Below, piece by piece: positions 27,485 through 38,972 of a DNA stretch of 64,000 nucleotides. The notes under the pieces were generated by a model, which saw nothing but the letters and a program-made list of their open reading frames with translations, did not search any database and was not told the DNA's origin. The DNA is from Candidatus Krumholzibacteriota bacterium. GTDB lineage: Bacteria > Krumholzibacteriota > Krumholzibacteriia > LZORAL124-64-63. The stretch covers positions 1-64,000 of the forward strand of contig JBDLKA010000005.1 in assembly GCA_039714075.1 (NCBI GenBank), written 5' to 3'. The stretch's first letter is position 1, and each line of letters begins with the position of its first letter. The position numbers were made by a program, and so were the translations under genes.

Positions 27485-30298
27485 TCAGCCGATCATGTGC
27501 CGACCCATCCAGTAGCGCAGGCTGGATTCACCTACTTCCTCGATGGGCGACAACCAGCGTCCATCGGCGTGACGACCGAAGTATCCCGTGCGGGTGATGG
27601 CGCAATGGCCCGGTTCGGGCAGCGCTTCGGCCAGCAGGGCGGTCAAAAAATCGTGAACGGGCAGGGAAGCCCCGGTCTTGCTGCGCAAAAGTGAAACGCG
27701 CAGGACGGGGCCTTCACCGGCCTCGATTGAGTTGAGCGGCCCGAGTTCGCAGGTAGCGACCAGCTTGCGGGCATCGAGTTCTATGTCCCCCTTGGGACGC
27801 TTTCGCACGTGCAGCCATTTGTCACTGGCCAGGAAAGCGTCGACTGCGGCGGCGACCGTCCGGTAGGCGGGGCCGCCCTCTTCGCTGCCGGGCAATGCAA
27901 CCCGGTAGTCCATGCGGGTGACGATCTGGTCGATGGACCGGGGGGTCTGTCCGCCGACCACGGCATCCCTCAAAATCTTCAATCCCGGCGGCAGGGTCCG
28001 GTTCACTTCCTCGATCCAACCGGGCACCTGGCGTTCCAGGGCAATGTCGAGACATTCACGCAAGCCAACAACACCCACCGGAAGGGGGGGGCCGAACTTG
28101 AGCAATGGATGTGGATGATAGCCCTTGCTGTAGGCCGCAGGCAAGCCCGAACGTCGCAGGGCCAGATGGAGTTGCCGCTGGAAGTCCAGGTGACCCAGGA
28201 AAACCATATCCCCGGATTTCTCGAATTCAATGCGATACCAGCACTTGGCCGCGGCCTGCTGGCGCCAGATCTGCCATTTGCGCTCTTCCTGGCCGGGTTT
28301 CGCGTCATCGGCGTTGCGTAGATCGAATTCCGGCCCCTGAGGGGTTTCTGGATCCCCGGCCGCAGGCGTGGGCGAAGCCGGGGCGATCCGTTCCTGGGTT
28401 CCCTGGCGGCCCTTGGTGGGGATCGCGGGGCCCCGGCGGGGTTCGGCACCCTGCAGGGCCTCCAGTTTGGCAAAAATGTGGACCATGTCGCCGTCGCAGG
28501 AACTGCAATCGTAACAGGCGCCTTCCAGCCGGCAGTCCGGCAAAATGCGCGCCCTGGTGGCCCGGCGCCAGTCCCGTTGCAGGAAGGCCTTGTCCACCCC
28601 AGCATCCACCGTATCCCAGGGCAGTGGTACCTCAGGATCCCGGGGTGCCAGATACCCCTCCAGGTCCACGCCCGCCTCTTCCAGGGCCTGGTCCCACAGC
28701 TCGATGCGAAAATGTTCGGTCCAGCCGTCGAAACGGGCGCCCAGTTCCCAGGCCCGCTGGACCACCGGGGTCAAGCCCTCGTCGCCCAGCCCCAAAAGTC
28801 CCTCCAGAAAAGAAGTGTGCGGTTCCCTCAGGCTGACCTTCACCTTCAGGCGGCGCAGCGGCCGGGCCAGGTAATTGTTGCGCCGATCGATTTCCGCGCG
28901 GGAAATCTGGCCGGCCCACTGGAACGGGGTGTGAACCTTGGGCGCGAACGGCGAAACCGAAACGTGAATCTGGGAACCGCCGCGTGGCGCCAGGGCGACG
29001 ATCTTACCCACCAGGGCCACCAGTTCATCGAGGTCCTCGTTGGTCTCGGTCGGCAGCCCGATCATGAAGTACAGCTTGACGCCCTTGACCCCCGACTCGA
29101 AGGCCTGCCGCGCCGTGGTGACGATATCGTCCTCGGTGATGTTCTTGTTGATCACGTCCCGCAGGCGCTGGCTGCCGGCCTCCGGAGCGAACGTGAAGCT
29201 GCCGGGCCTTTCCTGGCTGATGCGGCTGTAAAGGCCCTCGTCCACCGAATCGACTCTCAGGCTGGGCAGGGCCAGATTGGTCCGCTGGCCTTGGAAATGA
29301 TTCTGGATGCCCACCACCGTCTCCCCCAGGCCGCTGTAGTCGGAGGTCGACAGGCTGAGCAGTGAAACCTCGGCGTAACCCGCGTCGGCGACGCCCTCGG
29401 CGGCGGCCTGCACCAGGGCGGCGGCGTCTCTTTCCCGCACCGGGCGGGTGATCATCCCCGCCTGGCAGAAGCGGCAGCCCCGCACGCAACCGCGCATGAC
29501 CTCCAGGGCCAGCCGGTCGTGCACCGGTTCCATGACCGGCACCAGCTGGGCGGGTGGCGGAAAGGTATTGAGATCCTTGAGGACCCGCGCCCGTACGGGC
29601 CGGGTCACCCCGGGCCACCAGGCGCCATCGATCTCCCGAAGCCTGGCCAGGGTCTCGGCGCGCGACGCACCCGCGGCCTTCATTTCCGTCACGACGGCGG
29701 CGGCGTCCAGCACGCCTTCCTCGCCATCACCCAGCAGGATCAGATCCAGGAAGGGGCTGACCACGGCGGGATTCAGCGTGCACGATCCGCCGGCAATGAA
29801 AAGGGGATCGTCTTCGCCGCGGTCGTCCGCGCGCAGCGGCGAACCCACCAGATCGATCATCGTCAACATGTTGGTATAGGCCAATTCGTAGCCCAGGGAA
29901 AAACCGACGATATCGAAAAGACCTGCCGGCCGGCGAGACTCCAGACCGAACAGGGGCAGCCCTTCGGCCCGCATCATCTGTTCCATGTCCGGCCAGGGGG
30001 TGTAGGCCAGGTCGCAAAAAGTATGGGGTTTGTCCTGCAGGAGGCTGTAGAGGATGCGCAGGCCCTGATGGGACATGCCCACTTCGTAGGCGTCGGGAAA
30101 GGTCAGCAGGATATTGGCGCCCGCGGGGTCGAAACCGTGGCGGTCGGCGCCGAGTTCTCCACCGATATATCGGGCCGGGGACGAGACCAGGGGCAGTACC
30201 CTGCGTGTCAGCGTCCGGCCAAGAAAATCCGGGTCATCAAAGCGCGGATCCGGCCTCCATCTATCCGAAGCGCCGGACCCCTTTTCGAATGCAAACAA
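27485..30298 (-). CDS. B12-binding radical SAM protein (TIGR03960-like) fused to a DUF2344/TIGR03936-like domain
   Basis: PARYIGGE, FPDAYEVGMSHQG, RGCVRGCRFCQAG, APEAGSQRLR and C-terminal FLGHLD...AYSKGYHPHP. Start codon uncertain. Confidence 0.88.
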   Translation of the reverse strand: MFAFEKGSGASDRWRPDPRFDDPDFLGRTLTRRVLPLVSSPARYIGGELGADRHGFDPAGANILLTFPDAYEVGMSHQGLRILYSLLQDKPHTFCDLAYTPWPDMEQMMRAEGLPLFGLESRRPAGLFDIVGFSLGYELAYTNMLTMIDLVGSPLRADDRGEDDPLFIAGGSCTLNPAVVSPFLDLILLGDGEEGVLDAAAVVTEMKAAGASRAETLARLREIDGAWWPGVTRPVRARVLKDLNTFPPPAQLVPVMEPVHDRLALEVMRGCVRGCRFCQAGMITRPVRERDAAALVQAAAEGVADAGYAEVSLLSLSTSDYSGLGETVVGIQNHFQGQRTNLALPSLRVDSVDEGLYSRISQERPGSFTFAPEAGSQRLRDVINKNITEDDIVTTARQAFESGVKGVKLYFMIGLPTETNEDLDELVALVGKIVALAPRGGSQIHVSVSPFAPKVHTPFQWAGQISRAEIDRRNNYLARPLRRLKVKVSLREPHTSFLEGLLGLGDEGLTPVVQRAWELGARFDGWTEHFRIELWDQALEEAGVDLEGYLAPRDPEVPLPWDTVDAGVDKAFLQRDWRRATRARILPDCRLEGACYDCSSCDGDMVHIFAKLEALQGAEPRRGPAIPTKGRQGTQERIAPASPTPAAGDPETPQGPEFDLRNADDAKPGQEERKWQIWRQQAAAKCWYRIEFEKSGDMVFLGHLDFQRQLHLALRRSGLPAAYSKGYHPHPLLKFGPPLPVGVVGLRECLDIALERQVPGWIEEVNRTLPPGLKILRDAVVGGQTPRSIDQIVTRMDYRVALPGSEEGGPAYRTVAAAVDAFLASDKWLHVRKRPKGDIELDARKLVATCELGPLNSIEAGEGPVLRVSLLRSKTGASLPVHDFLTALLAEALPEPGHCAITRTGYFGRHADGRWLSPIEEVGESSLRYWMGRHMIG

Positions 30299-30311
30299 TT
30301 TTTCCTCGATT

Positions 30312-31790
30312 TCAGGAGTCGCCCTGTTCCGGTTCAGCGACCGGCGGCAACGGTTTTACGGGAATTTCCACTCCGGCGGCATGGTTGTCGAACACATCCT
30401 TGCCGGTTCCTTCATCGAAGGACACGGGGTAGTTGCCGGTGAAGCACGCCTCGCAGTACCGTCCCCCGTCTCCGGCGGCTTCCAAAAGCCCGGGCAGGGA
30501 AAGGTAGGCGAGGGAATCGACCCGCAAATAGGTGGCGATTTCGTCCACGGTATGGCTCGAGGCGATCAACTCGTTTCTGACCGGGGTGTCGATCCCGTAG
30601 TAACAGGGATTGGTCACCGGCGGCGAGGCGATGCGCAGGTGAACCTCTTTGGCCCCGGCGCCGCGGATCAGTTTCACCAGCTTGCGCATGGTCGTGCCGC
30701 GCACGATGGAATCATCCACCACTACGACTCTCCTGCCGTCGAGAATCTCGGCCACGGGGTTGAATTTAATGCGAACCGACATGTCCCGCACCTTCTGGGC
30801 GGGGGAAATAAAGGTCCGTCCGACGTAATGGTTGCGGATGAGGGCCAGCTCGAAGGGCAGACCGGTGGCGCGGGCGTACCCCAGGGCCGCGGTGTTGCTG
30901 GAATCGGGCACCGCGCAGACCAGGTCCGCGACCGCGGGCGCCTCCCGGCCCAGGATTTCCCCGCTGCGGCGCCGGGCGGCCTCGACGTTGCGGCCGAACA
31001 CCGTGCTGTCGGGCCGGGAAAAATAGACATGCTCGAAGACGCAGCGCTTTTCCTCGGCTTCGATGGGCAGCTTGCGGCTGACCAGTTCCCCTTGCCCCAT
31101 CACCACCATTTCCCCCGGTTCGATGTCCCTCAGGTAGGTCGCGCCGATGATGTCGAAGGCGCAGCTTTCGCTGGCTACCACATAGCTGTCGCGATAGCGG
31201 CCCAGGCACAGGGGACGGAAGCCGTTGGGGTCACGGACGGCGATCAGCTTTTCGCGGGTCAGGACCACCAGGCTGTAGGCCCCTTTCACTTCGGGGAGGA
31301 TTTCCAGCAGGGCGTCCTCGCAGGCTTCGGCGCGGTGCCGCGCCAGCAGATGCTGAATGACCTCGGTGTCGCTGGTGGTGGCGAAGATGGAGCCGTCGAG
31401 TTCCATGCGCCGCCGCAGCAGGTGGGCGTTGACCAGGTTTCCGTTGTGGGCCAGGCTCACCGTTCCCCGGTGCGAAGCCACCTGCAGGGGCTGCGCGTTC
31501 AGGATGTTGGAAGAGCCCGAAGTGCTGTAACGGACGTGTCCGATGGCATAATTGCCGGTCAACGAGCGGGTGGCCTCTTCGTCGAAAACGTCGGCCACCA
31601 GGCCCATTTTCTTGTGGGTGCTCAGGCGGTGCCCGTCGGCCACGGTGATTCCTGCGCTTTCCTGGCCGCGATGCTGAAGGGCGTGCAGAGCCAGGCTGGC
31701 CAGTTCGGCGGCGCCTTCGACGGCCGCGATGCCCACCACGCCACACTCTTCATTCCAGTGCCGACGGCGGTTTCCGTATGTCGAACTCAT
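30312..31790 (-). CDS. purF: Amidophosphoribosyltransferase
   Basis: Propeptide EECGVVG, LQHRGQESAG, GHVRYST, HNGNLVN, VVVDDSIVRGTT, YCEACF. Confidence 0.98.
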   Translation of the reverse strand: MSSTYGNRRRHWNEECGVVGIAAVEGAAELASLALHALQHRGQESAGITVADGHRLSTHKKMGLVADVFDEEATRSLTGNYAIGHVRYSTSGSSNILNAQPLQVASHRGTVSLAHNGNLVNAHLLRRRMELDGSIFATTSDTEVIQHLLARHRAEACEDALLEILPEVKGAYSLVVLTREKLIAVRDPNGFRPLCLGRYRDSYVVASESCAFDIIGATYLRDIEPGEMVVMGQGELVSRKLPIEAEEKRCVFEHVYFSRPDSTVFGRNVEAARRRSGEILGREAPAVADLVCAVPDSSNTAALGYARATGLPFELALIRNHYVGRTFISPAQKVRDMSVRIKFNPVAEILDGRRVVVVDDSIVRGTTMRKLVKLIRGAGAKEVHLRIASPPVTNPCYYGIDTPVRNELIASSHTVDEIATYLRVDSLAYLSLPGLLEAAGDGGRYCEACFTGNYPVSFDEGTGKDVFDNHAAGVEIPVKPLPPVAEPEQGDS

Positions 31791-31830
31791 TAAGACTCCC
31801 GGGGTCGTGGTCCTGCTTCAAAAAGGTCGG

Positions 31831-32451
31831 TCAACGGGAAGCCGCCAGCCAGGCTTCCATGTGGGGGTTGATAAGCAGCCCCTCCTTGCGGCCGCTGGCC
31901 ACGGCCAGCATTCGGCCCGCCTCCAGGGCGGTATCCGCCTCGCCCCTGATCAAAAGACGCCATAATACCCCGGATAGTACCGGGCCCTCCTGGCCCAGGG
32001 GGAAGGAAACCACATCCACCGGAGTGATCCCCGGCGCCGATTCCCCACCCAGCAGCAGATCATAGAGCCGGCCCTGTTCCATGGTCTCGGTTTCCAGATC
32101 CGTTCCCACGGCGGAGCCGGGCCACTGCGGGTCGAGGGTGTTGCCGGCCGGCGTCCGGTCCAGCCAGGACGCTTCGGCGCCGTCCAGGGTAAAATGTCCG
32201 TAATGGTGTTTGTTCGGGTTGAAGTACCGGCCCACGTCCAGCAGCCGGGCAATGGAAACCCCGGATTCCCCACCCCAGAAGGAGTGCATTTCACACCGAA
32301 ACAAACCCTCCAGGAGATGCCCGCCCTCCAGGCGGTCCTTCATGACCAGCAGGGCGGTGGCCGCATGCAGATCCACGCCCTTGTGGCTGGTCAGCAGCGT
32401 GGTCTGACCGGCGGTCGTGGCATCGGTCCGGGATGTCGACGGGCTATTCAT
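31831..32451 (-). CDS. Putative tandem PurS-like protein (FGAM synthase accessory subunit)
   Basis: Lies between purLQ and purF. KGVD near the N-terminus and two NP motifs (YFNPNKHHY, LLINPHMEAW) resembling PurS LLANPVIE. Confidence 0.55.
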   Translation of the reverse strand: MNSPSTSRTDATTAGQTTLLTSHKGVDLHAATALLVMKDRLEGGHLLEGLFRCEMHSFWGGESGVSIARLLDVGRYFNPNKHHYGHFTLDGAEASWLDRTPAGNTLDPQWPGSAVGTDLETETMEQGRLYDLLLGGESAPGITPVDVVSFPLGQEGPVLSGVLWRLLIRGEADTALEAGRMLAVASGRKEGLLINPHMEAWLAASR

Positions 32452-32482
32452 GGCGTCCTTTCAAAAACCGGATCAATTGGGG

Positions 32483-35400
32483 TCAACACAACTCGACCAA
32501 CCGGCGCATCAGGAAACTGCCGGGACCCGCGGATTCCAGAAGATTGAAATCCCCCGCGGCGGCCTGGCGCAACCGGCCCCAGGCATGGGGCAGATCTTCG
32601 GGCACGTGGCGCAATTGTGCGGCGCGCTCCGGGTGCGGCATCATGGCCAGCACGTTGCCGGCGGCATTGGTCAATCCCGCCACATGAAGCAGGGACCCGT
32701 TGGGATTCCCGGCCGCGGCGTCCGTCCGTCCGCCCAGTCCGGTGTAGCGCAGGGCCACCAGACCGTCGCTTTCCAGCCGGGAGAAGAACCCCGGATCCTC
32801 GTGGGTGAATCGCCCCTCGGCATGGGCGATGGGCAGGGGGAAGGTGCCGTCCAGCCCTTCGACAAAGGGAGTGCGGGCCCCGGGCACGGCCTCCAGCCCG
32901 ACCCAGCGGGAATGATAACCCCGGCGGCCCGGATACCGGTTCGCGGCCAGGGCCACTTCCACCGCGCCGGGTTCGATGCCCGGCACCAGGCCGGCTTCCA
33001 CCAGGACCTGGCAACCGTTGCAGATTCCCAGAATGGGTTTGCCCGCCGCCTCGGCGGACAGCAGGACACGCAACAACGGATCCTTGGCGGCCACGGCCCC
33101 GGCGCGGACACGATCCTGGTAGGAGAACCCGCCCGGAATCAGGAAACCGTCGAAAACGCGCAACTCGTCCGGAGAGCGGGTCCAACGGAATATTTCCGCT
33201 TCCGCCCCGGATGCTTTCAGGATGCGGCGGGACTCCTCTTCGCAATTGACCCCCGGCAACTGGACCACCGCCACCCGCGGCTTGGCCTGCAGATTGACGG
33301 CCGCCGCGCAGGAAGCCGGATCCTGGTGGCCGGCTTCATCACCGTTGTCGGCGGGGTCGGGAACGGCGTTTTCCGCCTTGGACCCGCCCAACAACCGGGG
33401 CAAACCGGTTTGCCAGGCCTTGGTCATGTCCGTGACACTCAGGCGGAATAGACTTTCACCTGCGGCTGTGGCGACTTCGATCCCGGGTTCGGCCGTCACT
33501 TCTCCCAACCGCCACCAGTCGGTCCCGGCGGTGTCCAGGATGTCGACGGCCTGCTCCAGGTCGTCGGCCGCCAGGGTCACCAGGAATCCTCCCGCTTCGC
33601 TGAACAGGAATTCCCGCACCGAGAGATGAGCCTGACCTTCGGGAATCCTGATGTCGGCGCCGTGGCACGACCCGGCTTCCTGGCCCATGGCCATCTCGCT
33701 GAGGCAAACCGCCAGGCCGCCGTCGCTGATGTCGTGGGCGGCGGAGACAACCCCCGCGCGCACCAGTTCGATGACGCCCCGGATTTCACAGCGGGCGGCA
33801 TCGAAATCCAAGGCGGGAACGGCCGGCCGGCCGGCCTGGAACCCCGCGTCCAGATACAGGGAACCCTGCATCTCCGGCAGCCGGGAACCGACCATCAGGA
33901 TAATGTCGCCGGCGTCCTTGAAACGCTGGCTGCGGCAGTGGGTGTAGTCGTCGATCAGGGCCACGACCGCAACAATGGGCGAGGGCGCCACCGAACGCCC
34001 GGTGCTGCTCTGGTTGTAGAAACTCACATTGCCCGAAATGACCGGAAGCGGAGCCCCGGGCTTGGCGTAGCATCCCACCTGGCGGCAGGCGTCCCCCACT
34101 CCTTTGACGGCCTCGGTGAACTGGCCGAACGACGCCGGGATTTCCGGGTTGCCGAAATTGAGACAATCCGTGATCGCGGCCGGTTCCCCTCCGACACAGG
34201 CCACGTTGCGGCAGGCTTCGAGCACGGCCGCGGCACCGGCGGTCCAGGGATCGGCCAGTCCCAGCAGGGGGTTGCCGTCGGCGCTGAGGGCGACGGCCTT
34301 GCGGCTGCCCTCCACCGGGGCGATGACGCCGGCATCCGCCTCGCCGGGCCGGAGAATGGTTGCGGCCTGGACCTCAGGATCATAGTGCCGGTAGATGTAT
34401 TCCCGGCTGGCCACGTTGGGATGGCTCATCAGGGCCAGCCACTCGTCGGCAATCCGGTCACCCGGAGCCTCGGGCAGACGTTCGTCCGCGGCCACGTCCG
34501 GCCGGGCGGGCAGTTCGACCTCCCGGTCGTAGCGAATGCCTTCGGTGATGGTTTCGATGGGCGCCTGGCACAGGATCTTGTCCCCCCACCGCAGGATGTA
34601 CTGGCGGTCGACGGTCACCTTGCCGATACGACGGGCGCTCGCCCCCTCGTACAGGGACGGCAGGGCGAAGTCCTCGTTGTAGATCTTCAGAACTGCCTCG
34701 GTCAGGCGGGCGGGCACGGCCAGGCCGTACCTTTCCTGGGTCTCGCTGCAGGCGCAGACCCGGGCCGGCAGATCCGCGATCTGATGCACCAGCTGCACGT
34801 CCACATCGCAGCCGAACCCTCCGGCGTCGGCAAGTTCGCTGGTCACGCAGCTCACACCGCCGGCGCCCAGGTCCTTGAATCCGATGGTCACTTTTTCCCG
34901 GCGGGCCATGGCCAGGACCTCGCGGTTGGCCACCGAAAGGATGCGTTTCAAAAACGGATCGGGTGTCTGGACCGAGCCCTTGTTCTCGGTGGCGGCCTCG
35001 GCATCAAGGGTGGCCGAGGCGAAAGCCGCCCCGCCCATGCCGCTCCAGTCGGTGGGCTTGCCGACCAGGATCAGGTCGTAGGGTTCCTTGGCGGCTTCCT
35101 TCGGCACGGCGCTGTGGGTAATGTGATCCTGCTCCACGAGGCCCACGGCCACCACGTTCACCAGGCAGTTCTCGTTGAACGAGTGATGGAAGTAGACGTC
35201 CCCGCCCAGGTTGGGCACCCCGATGGCGTTCCCGTATTGCCAGATGCCGTCCACCACCTGGCGGGCGATGTCCACCCGGTGGGCGGCCTCGTCGTCGCTG
35301 TCGGATTCCCGGTCCGGCCAGCCGAACCGCAGGGGATCCAGCGTGGCGATGACTTCGCCCCCCATGCAGTACACATCCCGCACGATGCCGCCGATCCCGG

Positions 35401-35782
35401 TGGCCGCGCCCTCGACGGGCATGACCTGGCTGGGATGGTTGTGGCTTTCGTGGGCGAAGATGATTCCGTAACGCTTGCCGTCGATCTCCCCGAAGTCCAC
35501 GATGCCCGCATCCTCCACCGGGCCGACGACCACGTTCTCCCCCGAGGTGGGCAGATGGGCCTTCAGATGAGGGCGACTGCTTTTATAGGAGCAGTGTTCG
35601 CTCCACATGGTGTCGAACAGGGTCATCTCGGTCAGGGTGGGATCCCGGCCCAGGAGTTCGGCCACCTTCCGCGCCTCGCTCGGCGCCAGGGTCAGGCCGT
35701 GTTCCTTCAGATAGGTGGCCAGGGAAAGATCGTCATAACCACCCACGTCGATGGGTGAAAAGCTCTCGTCACAAAAAGCCAT
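32483..35782 (-). CDS. purL: Phosphoribosylformylglycinamidine synthase, small-type PurL fused to PurQ
   Basis: MWSEHCSYKSS, ESHNHPS, DLGAGG, ISGNVSFYN, AHDISDGG. C-terminal GATase PGVNC, PGGFSY, GICNG, NPNGS, MMPHPER. Confidence 0.95.
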   Translation of the reverse strand: MAFCDESFSPIDVGGYDDLSLATYLKEHGLTLAPSEARKVAELLGRDPTLTEMTLFDTMWSEHCSYKSSRPHLKAHLPTSGENVVVGPVEDAGIVDFGEIDGKRYGIIFAHESHNHPSQVMPVEGAATGIGGIVRDVYCMGGEVIATLDPLRFGWPDRESDSDDEAAHRVDIARQVVDGIWQYGNAIGVPNLGGDVYFHHSFNENCLVNVVAVGLVEQDHITHSAVPKEAAKEPYDLILVGKPTDWSGMGGAAFASATLDAEAATENKGSVQTPDPFLKRILSVANREVLAMARREKVTIGFKDLGAGGVSCVTSELADAGGFGCDVDVQLVHQIADLPARVCACSETQERYGLAVPARLTEAVLKIYNEDFALPSLYEGASARRIGKVTVDRQYILRWGDKILCQAPIETITEGIRYDREVELPARPDVAADERLPEAPGDRIADEWLALMSHPNVASREYIYRHYDPEVQAATILRPGEADAGVIAPVEGSRKAVALSADGNPLLGLADPWTAGAAAVLEACRNVACVGGEPAAITDCLNFGNPEIPASFGQFTEAVKGVGDACRQVGCYAKPGAPLPVISGNVSFYNQSSTGRSVAPSPIVAVVALIDDYTHCRSQRFKDAGDIILMVGSRLPEMQGSLYLDAGFQAGRPAVPALDFDAARCEIRGVIELVRAGVVSAAHDISDGGLAVCLSEMAMGQEAGSCHGADIRIPEGQAHLSVREFLFSEAGGFLVTLAADDLEQAVDILDTAGTDWWRLGEVTAEPGIEVATAAGESLFRLSVTDMTKAWQTGLPRLLGGSKAENAVPDPADNGDEAGHQDPASCAAAVNLQAKPRVAVVQLPGVNCEEESRRILKASGAEAEIFRWTRSPDELRVFDGFLIPGGFSYQDRVRAGAVAAKDPLLRVLLSAEAAGKPILGICNGCQVLVEAGLVPGIEPGAVEVALAANRYPGRRGYHSRWVGLEAVPGARTPFVEGLDGTFPLPIAHAEGRFTHEDPGFFSRLESDGLVALRYTGLGGRTDAAAGNPNGSLLHVAGLTNAAGNVLAMMPHPERAAQLRHVPEDLPHAWGRLRQAAAGDFNLLESAGPGSFLMRRLVELC

Positions 35783-35896
35783 GATTCTCCAGCGGGAAAG
35801 CGCGTGTCAACTGCGTCAACAGGGCCTTGAAGGGGCCAATTTAACAGGTGACGCCCGGAGGGGAAAGCAGGAATAAGCTTAAAGGAGGGATGGGGG

Positions 35897-35935
35897 AAAA
35901 AAATCCGCCCCGGTTCGAGAACCGGGGCGGAAAAA
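35897..35935 (-). terminator. Rho-independent terminator after cytochrome c3
   Basis: TCCGCCCCGGTT-CGAG-AACCGGGGCGGA hairpin with an A7 run on the + strand (T7 on the minus strand). Confidence 0.85.
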
Positions 35936-35956
35936 GCGCTTTCAATAAGATGAGAC

Positions 35957-36382
35957 TTATTTGGCAGGCTTGGGATGGCAGCCGGCGCACTTCTTGGGTG
36001 CGGGACTGTCGGCGTGCTCTTTGAGGTATTCCTTGTGACAGCCGACGCAGTTAAGGTGGTAAGGATTCTTCTTGGAGCTTTTTTCCTTGCAGCTGGGAGT
36101 TTCAGCCTCTTCGGGCTCCAGGTGGCAGGAGGAGCAGGTGGCTACTTCCATTTCGCCCACGTTTTCAGCCGTCAAGCCTTCGGTGGTGTGATGGCAGTCC
36201 ACACAGGTGGCAAACTCGAAGTGGGCCTTGTGGGGAAACTCGACGGCGGCTTTGGTGTCGGCACAGGCGTCAATGGTGATGTTCTCGGGGAGCGCGGTGG
36301 CCTCGGGTGCTTCTTCAGCGAAGGCGACAAGGGCGGCCAGGGCCGTCAACACGATGATGGTCATCAGAAAGAGCTTCCGCAT
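35957..36382 (-). CDS. Periplasmic tetraheme cytochrome c3 (class III)
   Basis: Signal peptide, VEFPHKAH, CVDCHH, CSSCH, HLNCVGCH, CAGCH; AGGAGG RBS. Confidence 0.92.
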   Translation of the reverse strand: MRKLFLMTIIVLTALAALVAFAEEAPEATALPENITIDACADTKAAVEFPHKAHFEFATCVDCHHTTEGLTAENVGEMEVATCSSCHLEPEEAETPSCKEKSSKKNPYHLNCVGCHKEYLKEHADSPAPKKCAGCHPKPAK

Positions 36383-36516
36383 CTGGGATCCTCCTAGCGG
36401 GTTCACAAAATAGAGCACCGACCGGTCCGGCCGGTATTGTTACCTGTGAAAATTATTACGCCCCCCCCCACCAAGTCAAACCAATAGTCACAAAATCGTC
36501 ATGAAAATGAAACTCG

Positions 36517-37821
<1,305 letters not shown>

Positions 37822-38078
37822 GGGAATCCTTCCTGGCCGTTCCTGACCTAAAGAAATTAACGGAACCGGCGGGCCTTACCGCCGACCCGGACCACCACAA
37901 GCTAATCTGCGGTCAGGCGCATGGTCAAGCCCCGGCCGGACGGCCGCCCGATTTCGCCGGTTTCGGACCCCTTATTGTTTTTGACCTGCGCCGAATGCTG
38001 TGTGGGGCTATCTTGGAGGCCGACCGGGCTGTCCCGGTCCAGGCATGCATCCCTTATCAATCGCAAGGAACACCGCCG

Positions 38079-38972
38079 ATGGTCGACCGCAAGAAACTGG
38101 ATCGCCAAGGACTGCTGCACCTGTTGGTCGTCTATGTGGTGTGGGGCAGCACCTACCTGGCCATCCGCGTCGCCGTGCGGGAAGGCGCCGGTTTCCCGCC
38201 TTTCATGATGGCCTTCATGAGGGTCCTTGTCGGCGCGGCCATACTGCTGACCTGGGCCCGGTTGAAAAAGGAACGAATCCTCCTGACCCGCCAGGAATTC
38301 CCCCTGTTCCTGGGCAGTGGCATTCTCCTGTGGGTCGGCGGCAACGGTCTGGTGACCTGGGCGGAGATGCGGGCCTCATCGGGGCTGGCGGCCCTGCTGG
38401 TGGCCGCCATGCCCATCTGGGCCGAGTTGATCACCACGGTGATCGACCGGCGTCCGCCCACTCCCAAAATGACCGGCTCGATCCTGTTGGGGTTCACGGG
38501 GGTGGCCGTTTTGTCCTGGCCCGTGCTGCGGTCCGGCACCCGGGCCGACGTGTTGGGCGTGGTGGCCCTTCTGCTGGCCCCCCTGTTCTGGGCCATCGGC
38601 TCCATCTGGTTCCAGCGGCGCAAACCGGACCTGTCGGTACGGGCGATTTCCGGCTGGCAGATGCTCTGCGGGGGGCTGGGTTTCCTGGTCGTCATTCTGG
38701 TCCGCGGGGAAGGGCTTCCCCACCCCACCACCGAGGCCTGGCTGGCCTGGGGCTACCTGGTCGTCTTCGGGTCGGTGTTCGCCTTTACCAGCTACATGGC
38801 CACCCTGCGCCTGCTGCCCTACCAGATCGTGATGACCTACGCCTACGTCAACCCCGTGATCGCCGTTTTCCTGGGTTGGCTGATCATTTCCGAAGAGGTG
38901 ACCGCCTGGACCCTGGGCGGCGCCGCCCTGGTCGTGGCGGGCGTGGCGGGCATCTTCAACAACCGGTCCTGA
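38079..38972 (+). CDS. EamA/DMT family transporter (YedA-like)
   Basis: YVVWGSTYLAIR, YAYVNPVIAVFLG and 10 TMs. Confidence 0.93.
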   Translation: MVDRKKLDRQGLLHLLVVYVVWGSTYLAIRVAVREGAGFPPFMMAFMRVLVGAAILLTWARLKKERILLTRQEFPLFLGSGILLWVGGNGLVTWAEMRASSGLAALLVAAMPIWAELITTVIDRRPPTPKMTGSILLGFTGVAVLSWPVLRSGTRADVLGVVALLLAPLFWAIGSIWFQRRKPDLSVRAISGWQMLCGGLGFLVVILVRGEGLPHPTTEAWLAWGYLVVFGSVFAFTSYMATLRLLPYQIVMTYAYVNPVIAVFLGWLIISEEVTAWTLGGAALVVAGVAGIFNNRS

